Source: Parcubacteria group bacterium (GTDB lineage Bacteria > Patescibacteriota > Minisyncoccia > Moranbacterales > UBA2206). From it: a stretch of DNA of 64,000 bases. Position 1 is the stretch's first letter, and each line of letters begins with the position of its first letter. The DNA lies in the NCBI GenBank assembly GCA_041659505.1, contig JBAZYF010000001.1, positions 35,654 to 99,653 of the forward strand, written 5' to 3'. A program made the translations under genes and the position numbers. Below are positions 9,582 to 19,970 of this stretch, in pieces. The notes under the pieces were generated by a model, which ran no database searches, was not told where the DNA came from, and saw nothing but the letters and a program-made list of their open reading frames with translations.

Positions 9582-11630
9582 CTAAATTGCTAAGAATAAT
9601 AACAAAGCGATAAGGGTTAAAAATATATACAATATATAGGCATTCACATTTCCACTTTGGATCTTTTTTATGCTTTCTGCAATTTTGATAATTCCTCTTT
9701 GCGCCGGCTGGTAAAAATGTAGCTTCCAAAAATCCTCAATTTCTAATCTGACCACATTGGTCTTGGGAAAATAACGGATATCTGCATCTCGATACTCCAC
9801 TGTCGTTTGCTTGGTCGGCTTGAGAATTCCCTTGAAAATGACCACGATAGACCTGGCAAACCCGGTGGCGGTAATTTCCATGCGCGGAGCCAGCGTTGTT
9901 CCACAATCCCACGTGCGCCCACAACTGACTTTCCGTCCTCGGCTCAAAGTGCGAACGACATAAAATGCCAGCAGAAGAGCAACGAGAAGGCTTATGAAAA
10001 TAAATGGAGTTGAGACAGAAGCAAAACCACTCTGCAAACTAAAATTCAGTCCGGTAATTTGCGAAAAAGGCGAACTTGTTGCATCAAAAATTGTTAAGCT
10101 TTGAGAAACATGCACCAGCATCCGCGAAACCATTCCAGATAGGAGGCCTACGACAAGTGTCAATGTGGCAAGCACGGCCATGCTCATGCGAAGTGTCAAT
10201 CCGACTTCACTCGCCTGCTTAACATGCTCGCTCCGTGGTCTGGCGAGAAAAGTTGCCCCAAAGGCTTTTACGAAACATGCCGCCGCCAACCCACCGGTAA
10301 ACGCCAACGCGCCTGCTGCTAGGATAAAAACCCACTGTACAGAAACATCCAGTCCTCCAATTCCACTAAAGAGCGCCTGGAAGGTCAGCCACTCACTAAA
10401 AAATCCATTGAACGGCGGCAGAGCGGAGATTGCCAGAGATCCGATCAGAAAAAAGAAAGCTGTCTGCGGCATATATTTAATAAGACCCCCATAATCTTCC
10501 ATATTCCGCGTGTGGGTTTTTGAAATTACTGAACCAGCACCGAGGAATAATAATGATTTGAAAATAGCATGGTTGAGCGTATGAAAAAGGGCAGCGACCA
10601 AAGCCAGTACTGCCAAGGTTTTCAAGTCGAGCGCCAAAAAGACCAATGAACTTCCCAATCCCAAAAGAATAATCCCGATATTTTCGATACTATGATAGGC
10701 TAAAAGCCTTTTTATGTCATGCTCAGTCAGCGCATAGAGCACACCCACCAAGGAGGATACAGCGCCGATGACCAACACCAACATCCCACACCAAATCGGA
10801 AGATTTGGCATAAGGTCGATAAAAATTCTAATCAGCATATAGATTCCCGTCTTAATCATAACACCCGACATTAGCGCACTAACATGAGTTGGCGCGGCTG
10901 GATGAGCGCTTGGCAACCAGATATGCAAAGGAATAATTCCTGCTTTTGTGCCAAATCCGATCAACATCAAAATGAAAATAAAACCACTCATCATAGGAGT
11001 CAGCATAGACGCATTATCTTTGATCACGCTAAAATCAAATGATCCGGTAGCGCGATAGAGCAATAGGAACGCCAACGTGATAAAAGCAGTTCCTACGTGA
11101 GTCATAATGAAATACAGAGAACCCGCTCGCACATTTTCTTTTTCCTTATTTTCAAAAATAACCAGGAAATAGGATGCAAGAGACATTAGTTCCCACACAA
11201 TGAGAAAAAACAGTCCGTTGTGCGCACTCGCAACCAAAAGCATCCCGGCAATAAACAGATTATAGAAAAATCCCAAAGAACCGATATCATATTTTCCGTA
11301 AAAATGTTTCACGTAGCCCAGGCCATACAAAGAAGCGAACAGAGCGATGAGTGAAATGACAAAAATGAAAAAAGCCGCTAGTTGATCGACTTGGAAAGAA
11401 ATGTCCAGCATCGGCAAAGTTGAAGCGATAGAATACGCAAATGTTTTTCCCTGCGTCATAACTAAGACTGAGCAGATGAGTCCGGAAATAGAAGCCAGGA
11501 TTGCCATGCCATTACCCCAGACATTCACCAGCGCGTCGCTTTTGCGAAAAACCAAAGAGCCGATCGCTCCCAATGCCAAAAAAACTAGCGTTACAAAAAA
11601 AATTGTTTGTGCGGAGATTGAACCAAGCAT
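9582..11630 (-). CDS. hyfB: HyfB-like antiporter-type subunit
   Basis: WELMSL, KAGIIPLHIWLPSAHPAAP, KRLLAYHSIENIG, ALPPFNGFFSEW, TWDCG. Confidence 0.9.
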   Translation of the reverse strand: MLGSISAQTIFFVTLVFLALGAIGSLVFRKSDALVNVWGNGMAILASISGLICSVLVMTQGKTFAYSIASTLPMLDISFQVDQLAAFFIFVISLIALFASLYGLGYVKHFYGKYDIGSLGFFYNLFIAGMLLVASAHNGLFFLIVWELMSLASYFLVIFENKEKENVRAGSLYFIMTHVGTAFITLAFLLLYRATGSFDFSVIKDNASMLTPMMSGFIFILMLIGFGTKAGIIPLHIWLPSAHPAAPTHVSALMSGVMIKTGIYMLIRIFIDLMPNLPIWCGMLVLVIGAVSSLVGVLYALTEHDIKRLLAYHSIENIGIILLGLGSSLVFLALDLKTLAVLALVAALFHTLNHAIFKSLLFLGAGSVISKTHTRNMEDYGGLIKYMPQTAFFFLIGSLAISALPPFNGFFSEWLTFQALFSGIGGLDVSVQWVFILAAGALAFTGGLAAACFVKAFGATFLARPRSEHVKQASEVGLTLRMSMAVLATLTLVVGLLSGMVSRMLVHVSQSLTIFDATSSPFSQITGLNFSLQSGFASVSTPFIFISLLVALLLAFYVVRTLSRGRKVSCGRTWDCGTTLAPRMEITATGFARSIVVIFKGILKPTKQTTVEYRDADIRYFPKTNVVRLEIEDFWKLHFYQPAQRGIIKIAESIKKIQSGNVNAYILYIFLTLIALLLFLAI

Positions 11631-11683
11631 GTTAATTGACTTTTTTCTGATTATGACTTAGACGTTTGTCAAATGTCTAAGTT

Positions 11684-12214
11684 CTACTTTTTATTAGCTT
11701 CCATTATTTCCAAAATCTTAAATAGATGACAAATTATCGTTTTGGGACTTGGCGGATCGCCGGGAATTTGAAAATCGACTGGAATCACCTTGTCTACTCC
11801 ATCCAAGACCGCATAGGAACCCTTGAAAATTCCTCCGGAAATCGCGTCATCCCCCACCGCCACAACTATTTTTGGATCAGGCGTGGCCTCATATGTTTTC
11901 ACCAGCGCTTCTCGCATATTACGCGACACTGCTCCCGTTACCATCAGCATATCAGCGTGCCGAGGAGAGGCCACAAAGTGAATTCCAAATCTTTCTACAT
12001 CATAGTAGCAATTACTCAGCGCGGTAAGTTCCTGCTCGCAAGCGTTAGTTGATCCGGCGTCCACCTCGCGAATCGCCAGCGAACCGCCAAATATTTTCTT
12101 GATCTTTTTTTCCAATCTTTTTCCCACAATTTCCAACTCTTCATTGCAACCCAAAGCTTCGGTGGAATGCACCGTTTTGGGAGTAGCAAAAATTTTAGAA
12201 TAAAACTTGATCAT
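11684..12214 (-). CDS. Ehr small subunit (HyfI/NuoB-like) with degenerate Fe-S ligands
   Basis: YDVERFGIHFVASPRHAD; STNAC, VGDDA and PGDPP in place of the Cys motifs. Confidence 0.88.
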   Translation of the reverse strand: MIKFYSKIFATPKTVHSTEALGCNEELEIVGKRLEKKIKKIFGGSLAIREVDAGSTNACEQELTALSNCYYDVERFGIHFVASPRHADMLMVTGAVSRNMREALVKTYEATPDPKIVVAVGDDAISGGIFKGSYAVLDGVDKVIPVDFQIPGDPPSPKTIICHLFKILEIMEANKK

Positions 12215-12225
12215 TTTTTTTACAA

Positions 12226-12378
12226 AGAGGACTTACGTGTTTGCCAAAAGCAAGCTTTTCTTGTCGCCAAGGATCAGTCGAGGAAAACTCTCGTGGTCTC
12301 AGGAGCTTAATTAGTCAAAAACGAGCTCAGGCAACCACGCGCCTTAAAGATTGTTTTTGGTGAACGCGTAAGTCCTCT
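12226..12378. mobile_element. MITE-like element with AGAGGACTTACG terminal inverted repeats
   Basis: Perfect 12-bp TIRs, nested internal hairpins. Confidence 0.65.
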
Positions 12379-12500
12379 ATAAATAGAGCCCGCAACATTC
12401 TGACAAAACCAAAAAAATCAAATCTATGGTTTGAGTCAAGATAAAATAACTACCTAACTAGCATAAGAGCAGTTCTCTTTTTTGTCAACTAACTGCAAAA

Positions 12501-12941
12501 TTATTCCCCCAATATCCCCCGCTTCGTGCGATGCTTTCTGGCCACGCGAATTCGCGCGGATTCTTTTTGGATCGCGGCCGCCACACGGGCATACTCTTCG
12601 TCGTCTTTTGAAATCGCTTGGTTTTTGAGTTCTTCCGCTCGCACCCTCGCCTCTTCGGCACGCTTAAGATCAATCTCTTCTGCTCGCTCCGCCGTATCTG
12701 CGAGCACTATCAAAGTATTATCATGAAACTCAATAAACCCACCAGAGATAGAGAGATATGTTTCCTCGTCTTTCTTCTTCACCATCGCCTCACCTGATTT
12801 AAGGCTTGTGATATAGGATCGGTGATTGGGCAAAATAGTTATCTGCCCATCAGTCGTTTCGAAAGTCGCCTGATCAACCTCGTCTTCATAGACGGTTTTT
12901 TCAGAAGTGACAATCTTAAATTTGATCTTTGATTCAGACAT
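12501..12941 (-). CDS. atpC: ATP synthase epsilon
   Basis: GQITILPNH, ISGGFIE, LADTAERAEEID. Confidence 0.95.
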   Translation of the reverse strand: MSESKIKFKIVTSEKTVYEDEVDQATFETTDGQITILPNHRSYITSLKSGEAMVKKKDEETYLSISGGFIEFHDNTLIVLADTAERAEEIDLKRAEEARVRAEELKNQAISKDDEEYARVAAAIQKESARIRVARKHRTKRGILGE

Positions 12942-12946
12942 AATTT

Positions 12947-14386
<1,440 letters not shown>

Positions 14387-14403
14387 TTAAATTGTCTTAA
14401 ATA

Positions 14404-14521
14404 CTAATCCCCAAATACTAGCTTATTTAGGCAAATATTGGAAGATTGGGGCTTAAGGACTTGCCCCGTGATAACGAAGTTATTTTACGGGGTTGACTTT
14501 TTAGTTGATTTGGAGTATAAT
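14404..14521 (+). promoter_or_regulatory. Cassette promoter block 1
   Basis: TTGACT 14493-98, 17 nt spacer, TATAAT 14516-21; near-identical to 17752-17836. Confidence 0.8.
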
Positions 14522-14583
14522 GGTAGGTTATGAAATACAACGATTATTTTTAACATTTACCTTAACAAAAGGAGCTTTATATT

Positions 14584-14754
14584 ATGAAAAGTGAACTTGA
14601 AAAATTAGTAGCGGGAGCTACGGCAGGAGCTCTAATAGGATCAGGACTTTTTCTTCTTTTTTCTTACGAACCAAGAAATGCTGGAATTTTTTTATTTTTA
14701 GCAGGAACGTTTCACTTCTCTGGAGTGTTGCTAGAAAAAAAACGCAACCCCTAG
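14584..14754 (+). CDS. 56-aa two-TM membrane protein (absent from ORF track)
   Basis: Hand translation MKSELEKLVAGATAGALIGSGLFLLFSYEPRNAGIFLFLAGTFHFSGVLLEKKRNP; AAAAGGAG upstream; own promoter and terminator. Confidence 0.7.
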   Translation: MKSELEKLVAGATAGALIGSGLFLLFSYEPRNAGIFLFLAGTFHFSGVLLEKKRNP

Positions 14755-14770
14755 CGTTCCCTATCACATT

Positions 14771-14872
14771 GTCAGTTCAAGTCTCTGACTTGAACCATCC
14801 AGTTCTTAACCCTCATCGAAAGTCGCCGATTTCTAATGAATGAAGCGACTTTTTTTATTTTCAAAAGAACTT
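14771..14872 (+). ncRNA. Conserved two-hairpin 3' element/terminator, copy 1
   Basis: Homologous to 18124-18223 and 18241-18342 with compensatory changes. Confidence 0.6.
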
Positions 14873-14883
14873 TTTTTAATAAT

Positions 14884-15032
14884 TGTCATCCTGAGCGAAG
14901 CGGAGCGGAGTCGAAGGATCTACTAATGATTATCGTTAGCTTTGCTATAAATCACAAAGCTAGTGGTAATGGAAAGCAGATCCTTCGACTTCATAAATTT
15001 TCTAACGAAAATTTATTCCGCTCAGGATGACA
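14884..15032. repeat. REP doublet (TGTCATCCTGAGCG...CGCTCAGGATGACA)
   Basis: Terminal inverted repeats plus inner gtcgaaggatct/agatccttcgac arms. Confidence 0.75.
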
Positions 15033-15108
15033 TAAATTTTCAAAAATCAGTGAAATCAGTGCCTTCAGTGCTAACCCGCCTGCCGGCGAGGCAGGTCAGT
15101 GGTTCGGA

Positions 15109-16068
15109 TTACCCTTCCAACGTCGCCTTCCCCGCTGAAATCTCCGCAATCTCTTGAGTAATCTTCGCTTGTCTGAGTTGATTGTAGGCCAGTGTCAGAC
15201 CTTCTGCCATCTCCCCGGCTGCGTCTGTGGCGTTTCGCATTGCGAGCATTCGGGAAGATTCCTTGGAGGCGTTCGATTCGAGAATGGCATGATAGATCTG
15301 CATTTCAATCAGGCGCGGGAAAATATAATCCAAGAGTTCTTTCGGGCTTGGTTCAATCTTATATTCAATCTCCGGTTCTTTCAGTCCATATTCCTTAGCG
15401 GCGCTATCCATCTCCGCAATTTGTTTTTCTATGTCAACTTTGGAAACCGGCAAAATCTGTCTGATTTTAGTCTGCTGATTGATGGCTGAAACGAAGTCAG
15501 TATAAATCACCGCCACTTTGTCATATTTTTTGGCTAGATAATCCGCAATCGCAATTTTTGCGACCGCTCTGACGTCTTCAATCTTCGGCAGATAGGTCAA
15601 CTCGGGAAAAGTGGCCACAATTTCTTTGTCCAACCGGCGCACCATCGCTTCGCCTTTCTTACCAATCGTAATAAAATCAATTTTAAGCTCGGCGTTTGGC
15701 ACAGTAGACTCAATTTTTTTATCCCCGATCCGGTTAACCTTCAATTTTTCCGGATTCATTATTTCTTCTTTGATCTTCTTCGCCACTTGCGCATTGAACG
15801 ATCCGCACAGTCCCCGATTCGAGGCAATCGCAATCACCAACACACTTTTCACTTCCCGCACTTCCAAAAGCCCGGTTTGATGGTCTTTGAACGCGCGCGC
15901 CAAATTAGTGAGCACGCTCCATGCAGAGTGCGCATAGGGTCGAATGCCCACCACGCTCGCCACGCTCCGGCGCATTTTGGCAGCCGAAACCATCTCCATC
16001 GCGCGGGTAATTTTTTTGGTATTATTGATAGACTTTATACGTCTTTTGATGTCTCTAGCTGAGTTCAT
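15109..16068 (-). CDS. atpG: ATP synthase gamma
   Basis: KITRAMEMVSAAK, RGLCGSFN, RQAKITQEIAEI. Confidence 0.97.
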   Translation of the reverse strand: MNSARDIKRRIKSINNTKKITRAMEMVSAAKMRRSVASVVGIRPYAHSAWSVLTNLARAFKDHQTGLLEVREVKSVLVIAIASNRGLCGSFNAQVAKKIKEEIMNPEKLKVNRIGDKKIESTVPNAELKIDFITIGKKGEAMVRRLDKEIVATFPELTYLPKIEDVRAVAKIAIADYLAKKYDKVAVIYTDFVSAINQQTKIRQILPVSKVDIEKQIAEMDSAAKEYGLKEPEIEYKIEPSPKELLDYIFPRLIEMQIYHAILESNASKESSRMLAMRNATDAAGEMAEGLTLAYNQLRQAKITQEIAEISAGKATLEG

Positions 16069-16073
16069 ATTTT

Positions 16074-17612
16074 TTAATGACCGTTTTGATAGACTTCCTT
16101 AAATTCCTTGATCGCTCCAACCAATCTCTCAACTACTTCATCCGTCAACTCTTTTTTGTCAGCAATCAGTTCCATAACCGGCTTGGCTGATGAGTCGAGA
16201 TATTTGTGAAAATCACTTTCCCACTTGGATACTTGTTCCACGGCCACATCGTCCAAAAATCCATTAATCACGGCATAGATGATGGCTACTTGATGCTCCA
16301 CAAGCATCGGTTCATATTGACCTTGTTTCAGGATTTCTACTGTTCGGCGCCCTCGTTCAATTCTCTGGCGCGTATTCTCATCAAGATCTGATCCAAATTG
16401 CGCAAAGGCTTCTAGTTCTCGAAACTGCGCAATGTCGAGGCGCAATTTTCCCGCCACTTTTTTCATCGCTTTGATTTGCGCGGAAGAACCTACACGCGAA
16501 ACAGAAATACCCACATTGAGCGCCGGACGAATTCCTTTGTAAAATAAATCGGCTTCCAGATAGATTTGTCCGTCCGTGATCGAAATCACATTGGTCGGAA
16601 TGTAGGCACTCACATCGCCTGATTGCGTTTCAATGATTGGAAGCGCCGTAATGGATCCGCCGCCAAAGTTTTCATTCAGTTTCGCACTGCGCTCGAGAAG
16701 TCTCGAGTGAATATAGAACACATCGCCAGGATAGGCTTCGCGTCCTGGTGGACGACGAAGAATCAGAGAGATCTGGCGATAGGCCCAAGCGTGACGAGAC
16801 AAATCATCATAAATGATCAACACATCCTCACCCTTATCCATAAAAAATTCTCCCAAAGTACAACCGGCATATGGCGCGATGTAGGATAGTGGCGCTGGAT
16901 CAGATGCACCAGCTACAACAACAGTCGTATATTCCATCGCTCCACGCGCTTCCAGTTCCGCCACGATTCTCGCAATCTTAGATTCCTTCTGCCCGATCGC
17001 CACATAGATACATTTTACGTTTTGACCTTTTTGATTGATGATGGTGTCCACAGCAATGGCTGTTTTTCCCGTTTGGCGGTCACCAATAATCAGTTCGCGT
17101 TGTCCGCGCCCGATCGGAATCATCGCATCAATCGCTTTGATCCCAGTTTGCAACGGTTGATGCACAGATTTTCGCGTAATCACGCCCGGCGCAATTTTTT
17201 CAATCGGCATAAATTTTTCAGATGCAATCGTTCCCTTGCCATCGATCGGAACTCCCAATGGATTGATCACCCGTCCGATAAAATTTTCGGAAACCGGCAC
17301 AGACAAAACGCGTCCGGTCGAACGCACTGTATCGCCTTCCTTGATGCCTTCATAAGCCCCCAAAATCATCGCCCCAATGCGGTCTTCTTCCAAGTTGAGC
17401 ACCATGCCATAGATCGGTTCAGCGCCCTCTTTCACTTGCCCGTCAGCAGGGAGAAATTCGAGCATTTCACTGGAAAGCGCATTTTCAAGACCGATGATCC
17501 GCGCCACACCGTCGCCGATCTCGACAACAGTGCCGACTTTTTCCGTCGTCGCAACACTTTCAAATTCTCCGATCTGCTTTTTCAGTTGTTCGATGATGTA
17601 GTCTTTGTTCAT
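16074..17612 (-). CDS. atpA: ATP synthase alpha
   Basis: [21 protein letters not shown]. Confidence 0.98.
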   Translation of the reverse strand: MNKDYIIEQLKKQIGEFESVATTEKVGTVVEIGDGVARIIGLENALSSEMLEFLPADGQVKEGAEPIYGMVLNLEEDRIGAMILGAYEGIKEGDTVRSTGRVLSVPVSENFIGRVINPLGVPIDGKGTIASEKFMPIEKIAPGVITRKSVHQPLQTGIKAIDAMIPIGRGQRELIIGDRQTGKTAIAVDTIINQKGQNVKCIYVAIGQKESKIARIVAELEARGAMEYTTVVVAGASDPAPLSYIAPYAGCTLGEFFMDKGEDVLIIYDDLSRHAWAYRQISLILRRPPGREAYPGDVFYIHSRLLERSAKLNENFGGGSITALPIIETQSGDVSAYIPTNVISITDGQIYLEADLFYKGIRPALNVGISVSRVGSSAQIKAMKKVAGKLRLDIAQFRELEAFAQFGSDLDENTRQRIERGRRTVEILKQGQYEPMLVEHQVAIIYAVINGFLDDVAVEQVSKWESDFHKYLDSSAKPVMELIADKKELTDEVVERLVGAIKEFKEVYQNGH

Positions 17613-17619
17613 AACTTTG

Positions 17620-17739
17620 AATTTCTAATTTTTAATTTCTAATTTCTAAACAATTTCTAATTTCTCAATGACCAAATTTTAAATTGGTAATTAAATCATT
17701 GAAAATTGTTTGAAAATTGTAAATTGTAAATTGAAAATT
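17620..17739. repeat. AT-rich heptamer inverted-repeat element, copy 1
   Basis: AATTTCT tandem left arm, AAATTGT right arm; last 38 bp identical to the copy at 62651-62752. Confidence 0.8.
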
Positions 17740-17751
17740 AATGTTTAAATT

Positions 17752-17836
17752 CTAATCCCCTAATACTAGCCTATTTAGGCAAATATTGGAAGATTAGGAC
17801 TTAAGTATTGACTTTTTGGTTGATTTGGAGTATAAT
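17752..17836 (+). promoter_or_regulatory. Cassette promoter block 2
   Basis: GCCTATTTAGGC palindrome, TTGACT 17808-13, 17 nt spacer, TATAAT 17831-36. Confidence 0.8.
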
Positions 17837-17890
17837 AATAGGTTGACAATAGTTTCAACAAACAAACTTCTTTTAAAAGGAGAACGAAAA

Positions 17891-18115
17891 ATGATTTTTC
17901 ATGCATTTAAAGACGAAGATGGGAAATACTGGGCGCAGTATGTAGTGGGAAGCAGTCACCTAATAGCTAAACTCAACTGCCTTAATCCTGTTCTTAGGCT
18001 GGAAAGCAACCCCGAGGAAGCTACGGAAGATTTCATAAAAAGAGTCTATCGAGAATGCCAAGAACGCAAGATCGAAGCAAGGAATCTTATCGACCCTAGC
18101 TCACGCAAAACTTAG
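17891..18115 (+). CDS. 74-aa hypothetical protein
   Basis: AAAAGGAG before ATG 17891; own promoter and 3' element. Confidence 0.7.
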   Translation: MIFHAFKDEDGKYWAQYVVGSSHLIAKLNCLNPVLRLESNPEEATEDFIKRVYRECQERKIEARNLIDPSSRKT

Positions 18116-18123
18116 ACTATCCT

Positions 18124-18223
18124 GTCGGTTCAAGTCTCCGACTTGAATCATCCAGTTCTTAACCCTCTTTCATAAATCGCCGACTCCAATTGGATAGGCG
18201 ATTTATTATTTTCAAAAGAACTT
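18124..18223 (+). ncRNA. Conserved two-hairpin 3' element, copy 2
   Basis: ttcaagtc-tcc-gacttgaa; ccagttcttaac; hairpin; ttttcaaaagaactt. Confidence 0.6.
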
Positions 18224-18240
18224 TTCCTTATATCCCCCTC

Positions 18241-18342
18241 GTCGGTTCAGGACTCTGTCCTGAATCACCCAGTTCTTAACTCTCTTTCGAAAGTCGTTTT
18301 CTCCTAACGGATTAAACGGCTTTTTTATTTTCAAAAGAACTT
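18241..18342 (+). ncRNA. Conserved two-hairpin 3' element, copy 3 (tandem, no ORF)
   Basis: ttcaggac-tct-gtcctgaa covariant hairpin; same linker and tail. Confidence 0.6.
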
Positions 18343-18352
18343 TCCACTTTTG

Positions 18353-18452
18353 TCTGAACCACTGATTAGCACATGAGTCCACATGATTTCACTGATTAAG
18401 AATTCCCAATCACGTGTAATCAGGAAAATCACGTGAGAATCAGTGGTTCAGA
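18353..18452. repeat. AACCACTGATT...AATCAGTGGTT inverted-repeat element
   Basis: Second copy 47365-47469, partial copy 15046-15108; overlaps the atpH stop. Confidence 0.75.
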
Positions 18453-18841
18453 ACGTTTCGCATCTTCTTCAACTGCCCCTTCACGCTCGCATCAAAAATC
18501 TCATCCCCCACTTTCACAATCACTCCACCCTTGATTTTATCATCAACCGTATTTTCGATCTCCACTTTCTCTGCTTGATATTTTTCCTTAATAAACCTAG
18601 TTAGCTTTTCAAGCATTTCTGAACTCAACTTTTCCTGAGAAATAACCTGCGCCACAACAATCCCATTTTTCATATTCGACACCGTTTCAAATTTTCGCAA
18701 AATTTCCCGCGTCAGTCGCATCTGTCCATTTTTCGCCAGAATTTTCACAAAATTAGAAACCAAAACATCAACCTCGCTGTGAGATTTGTCCAGAGTCGCT
18801 TCGTATAATGATTTTGCGTATTGCGCTGATGTTACTCGCAT
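18440..18841 (-). CDS. atpH: ATP synthase delta (short form)
   Basis: YAKSLY, IKGGVIVKVGDEIFDASV. Confidence 0.92.
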   Translation of the reverse strand: MRVTSAQYAKSLYEATLDKSHSEVDVLVSNFVKILAKNGQMRLTREILRKFETVSNMKNGIVVAQVISQEKLSSEMLEKLTRFIKEKYQAEKVEIENTVDDKIKGGVIVKVGDEIFDASVKGQLKKMRNVLNH

Positions 18842-18854
18842 AAAATTTCTTTCT

Positions 18855-19033
18855 TGTCATTCCCGCGAAGGCGGGAATCCAGGTTCCACTTGCCCTAAAC
18901 CCTGGAAAATCGAATTATAAATCCCCTAACTTCTTATTATCAACCAACAAATCCCGTTTTTCTTTTCTTATCACCTGAGGTGCCTGGATTCCCGCCGGAG
19001 TTTATCCTCGTGTAGACGGGGGCGGGAATGACA
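18855..19033. repeat. REP doublet TGTCATTCCCGCGAAGGCGGGAATCC family
   Basis: Homologous, including the spacer, to 34207-34365; single unit at 22792-22819. Confidence 0.8.
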
Positions 19034-19040
19034 CAGGAGC

Positions 19041-19529
19041 TTACCTAATTGCTTTTTCGATTAACTCTTTATCTTTTTCCTTATCCAATTTCTCCCCAAT
19101 AATCTTCTCCGTCGCTAAAACTACCAAATTTGCAATCTCACCTTTCACTTCCGAGAGCATCTTATTTTTTTCTTGCTCGATCTGACTCTTGGCGCCAACT
19201 AGCAGTTTCTCGCCCTGGTTTCTCGCTTCAAGCACGATACTCATCGAATTAGCCTTAGCCTGATCTTCGGCAGTTTTAATAATTTCTTGCGCTTCTTTTT
19301 TTGCCTTAGCCATGACTGCTTTTTCTTTTTCAACAATCTCTTCCAGCTTCTTTCCGGCAGCATCAGCGTCTTCGAGACCTTTTTCAATCTTGTTCGTCCG
19401 ACTGTTGAGCGTCTTCAAAACCGGCTTGTAGGCGAATTTGTAAAGCACCCAAAGGACGATGGCAAAATTGACCATCTGCGCCACCAAGAGGTTGACCTCG
19501 ATATGAAATGTTTTGATGAGTTCATCCAT
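19041..19529 (-). CDS. atpF: ATP synthase b
   Basis: N-terminal TM (QMVNF...YKP) plus coiled coil. Confidence 0.95.
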   Translation of the reverse strand: MDELIKTFHIEVNLLVAQMVNFAIVLWVLYKFAYKPVLKTLNSRTNKIEKGLEDADAAGKKLEEIVEKEKAVMAKAKKEAQEIIKTAEDQAKANSMSIVLEARNQGEKLLVGAKSQIEQEKNKMLSEVKGEIANLVVLATEKIIGEKLDKEKDKELIEKAIR

Positions 19530-19670
19530 AATTATATTGCTTCATTGTTAAATTGTTAAATTGTTTTTTTAAACAATGAAGCAATTTAACAATTTAACCA
19601 TTTCTTAATTTAGCGTTCTTATCTCGATTTCCCTCTACTAAAAAAGAGAAACCGAATAAATTCGCTAGAA

Positions 19671-19895
<225 letters not shown>

Positions 19896-19970
19896 CTACT
19901 CTGACGGTCGACTATTTTTATTATCTTTAAAGTCGCCGTGAGAATAAATTAAAAAAATTAATTAACCCTG

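Noticed and set aside
14836-15157. Two 64-aa ORFs
   Set aside because: Read through REP arms; not credible proteins
17022-17642. Long antisense ORFs (also 13571-14074, 23752-24318, 27382-27942, 32130-32678)
   Set aside because: Lie opposite conserved genes with no motifs or expression signals
14771-18342. Integron attC sites
   Set aside because: No RYYYAAC/GTTRRRY boundaries; cassettes carry their own promoters; no intI
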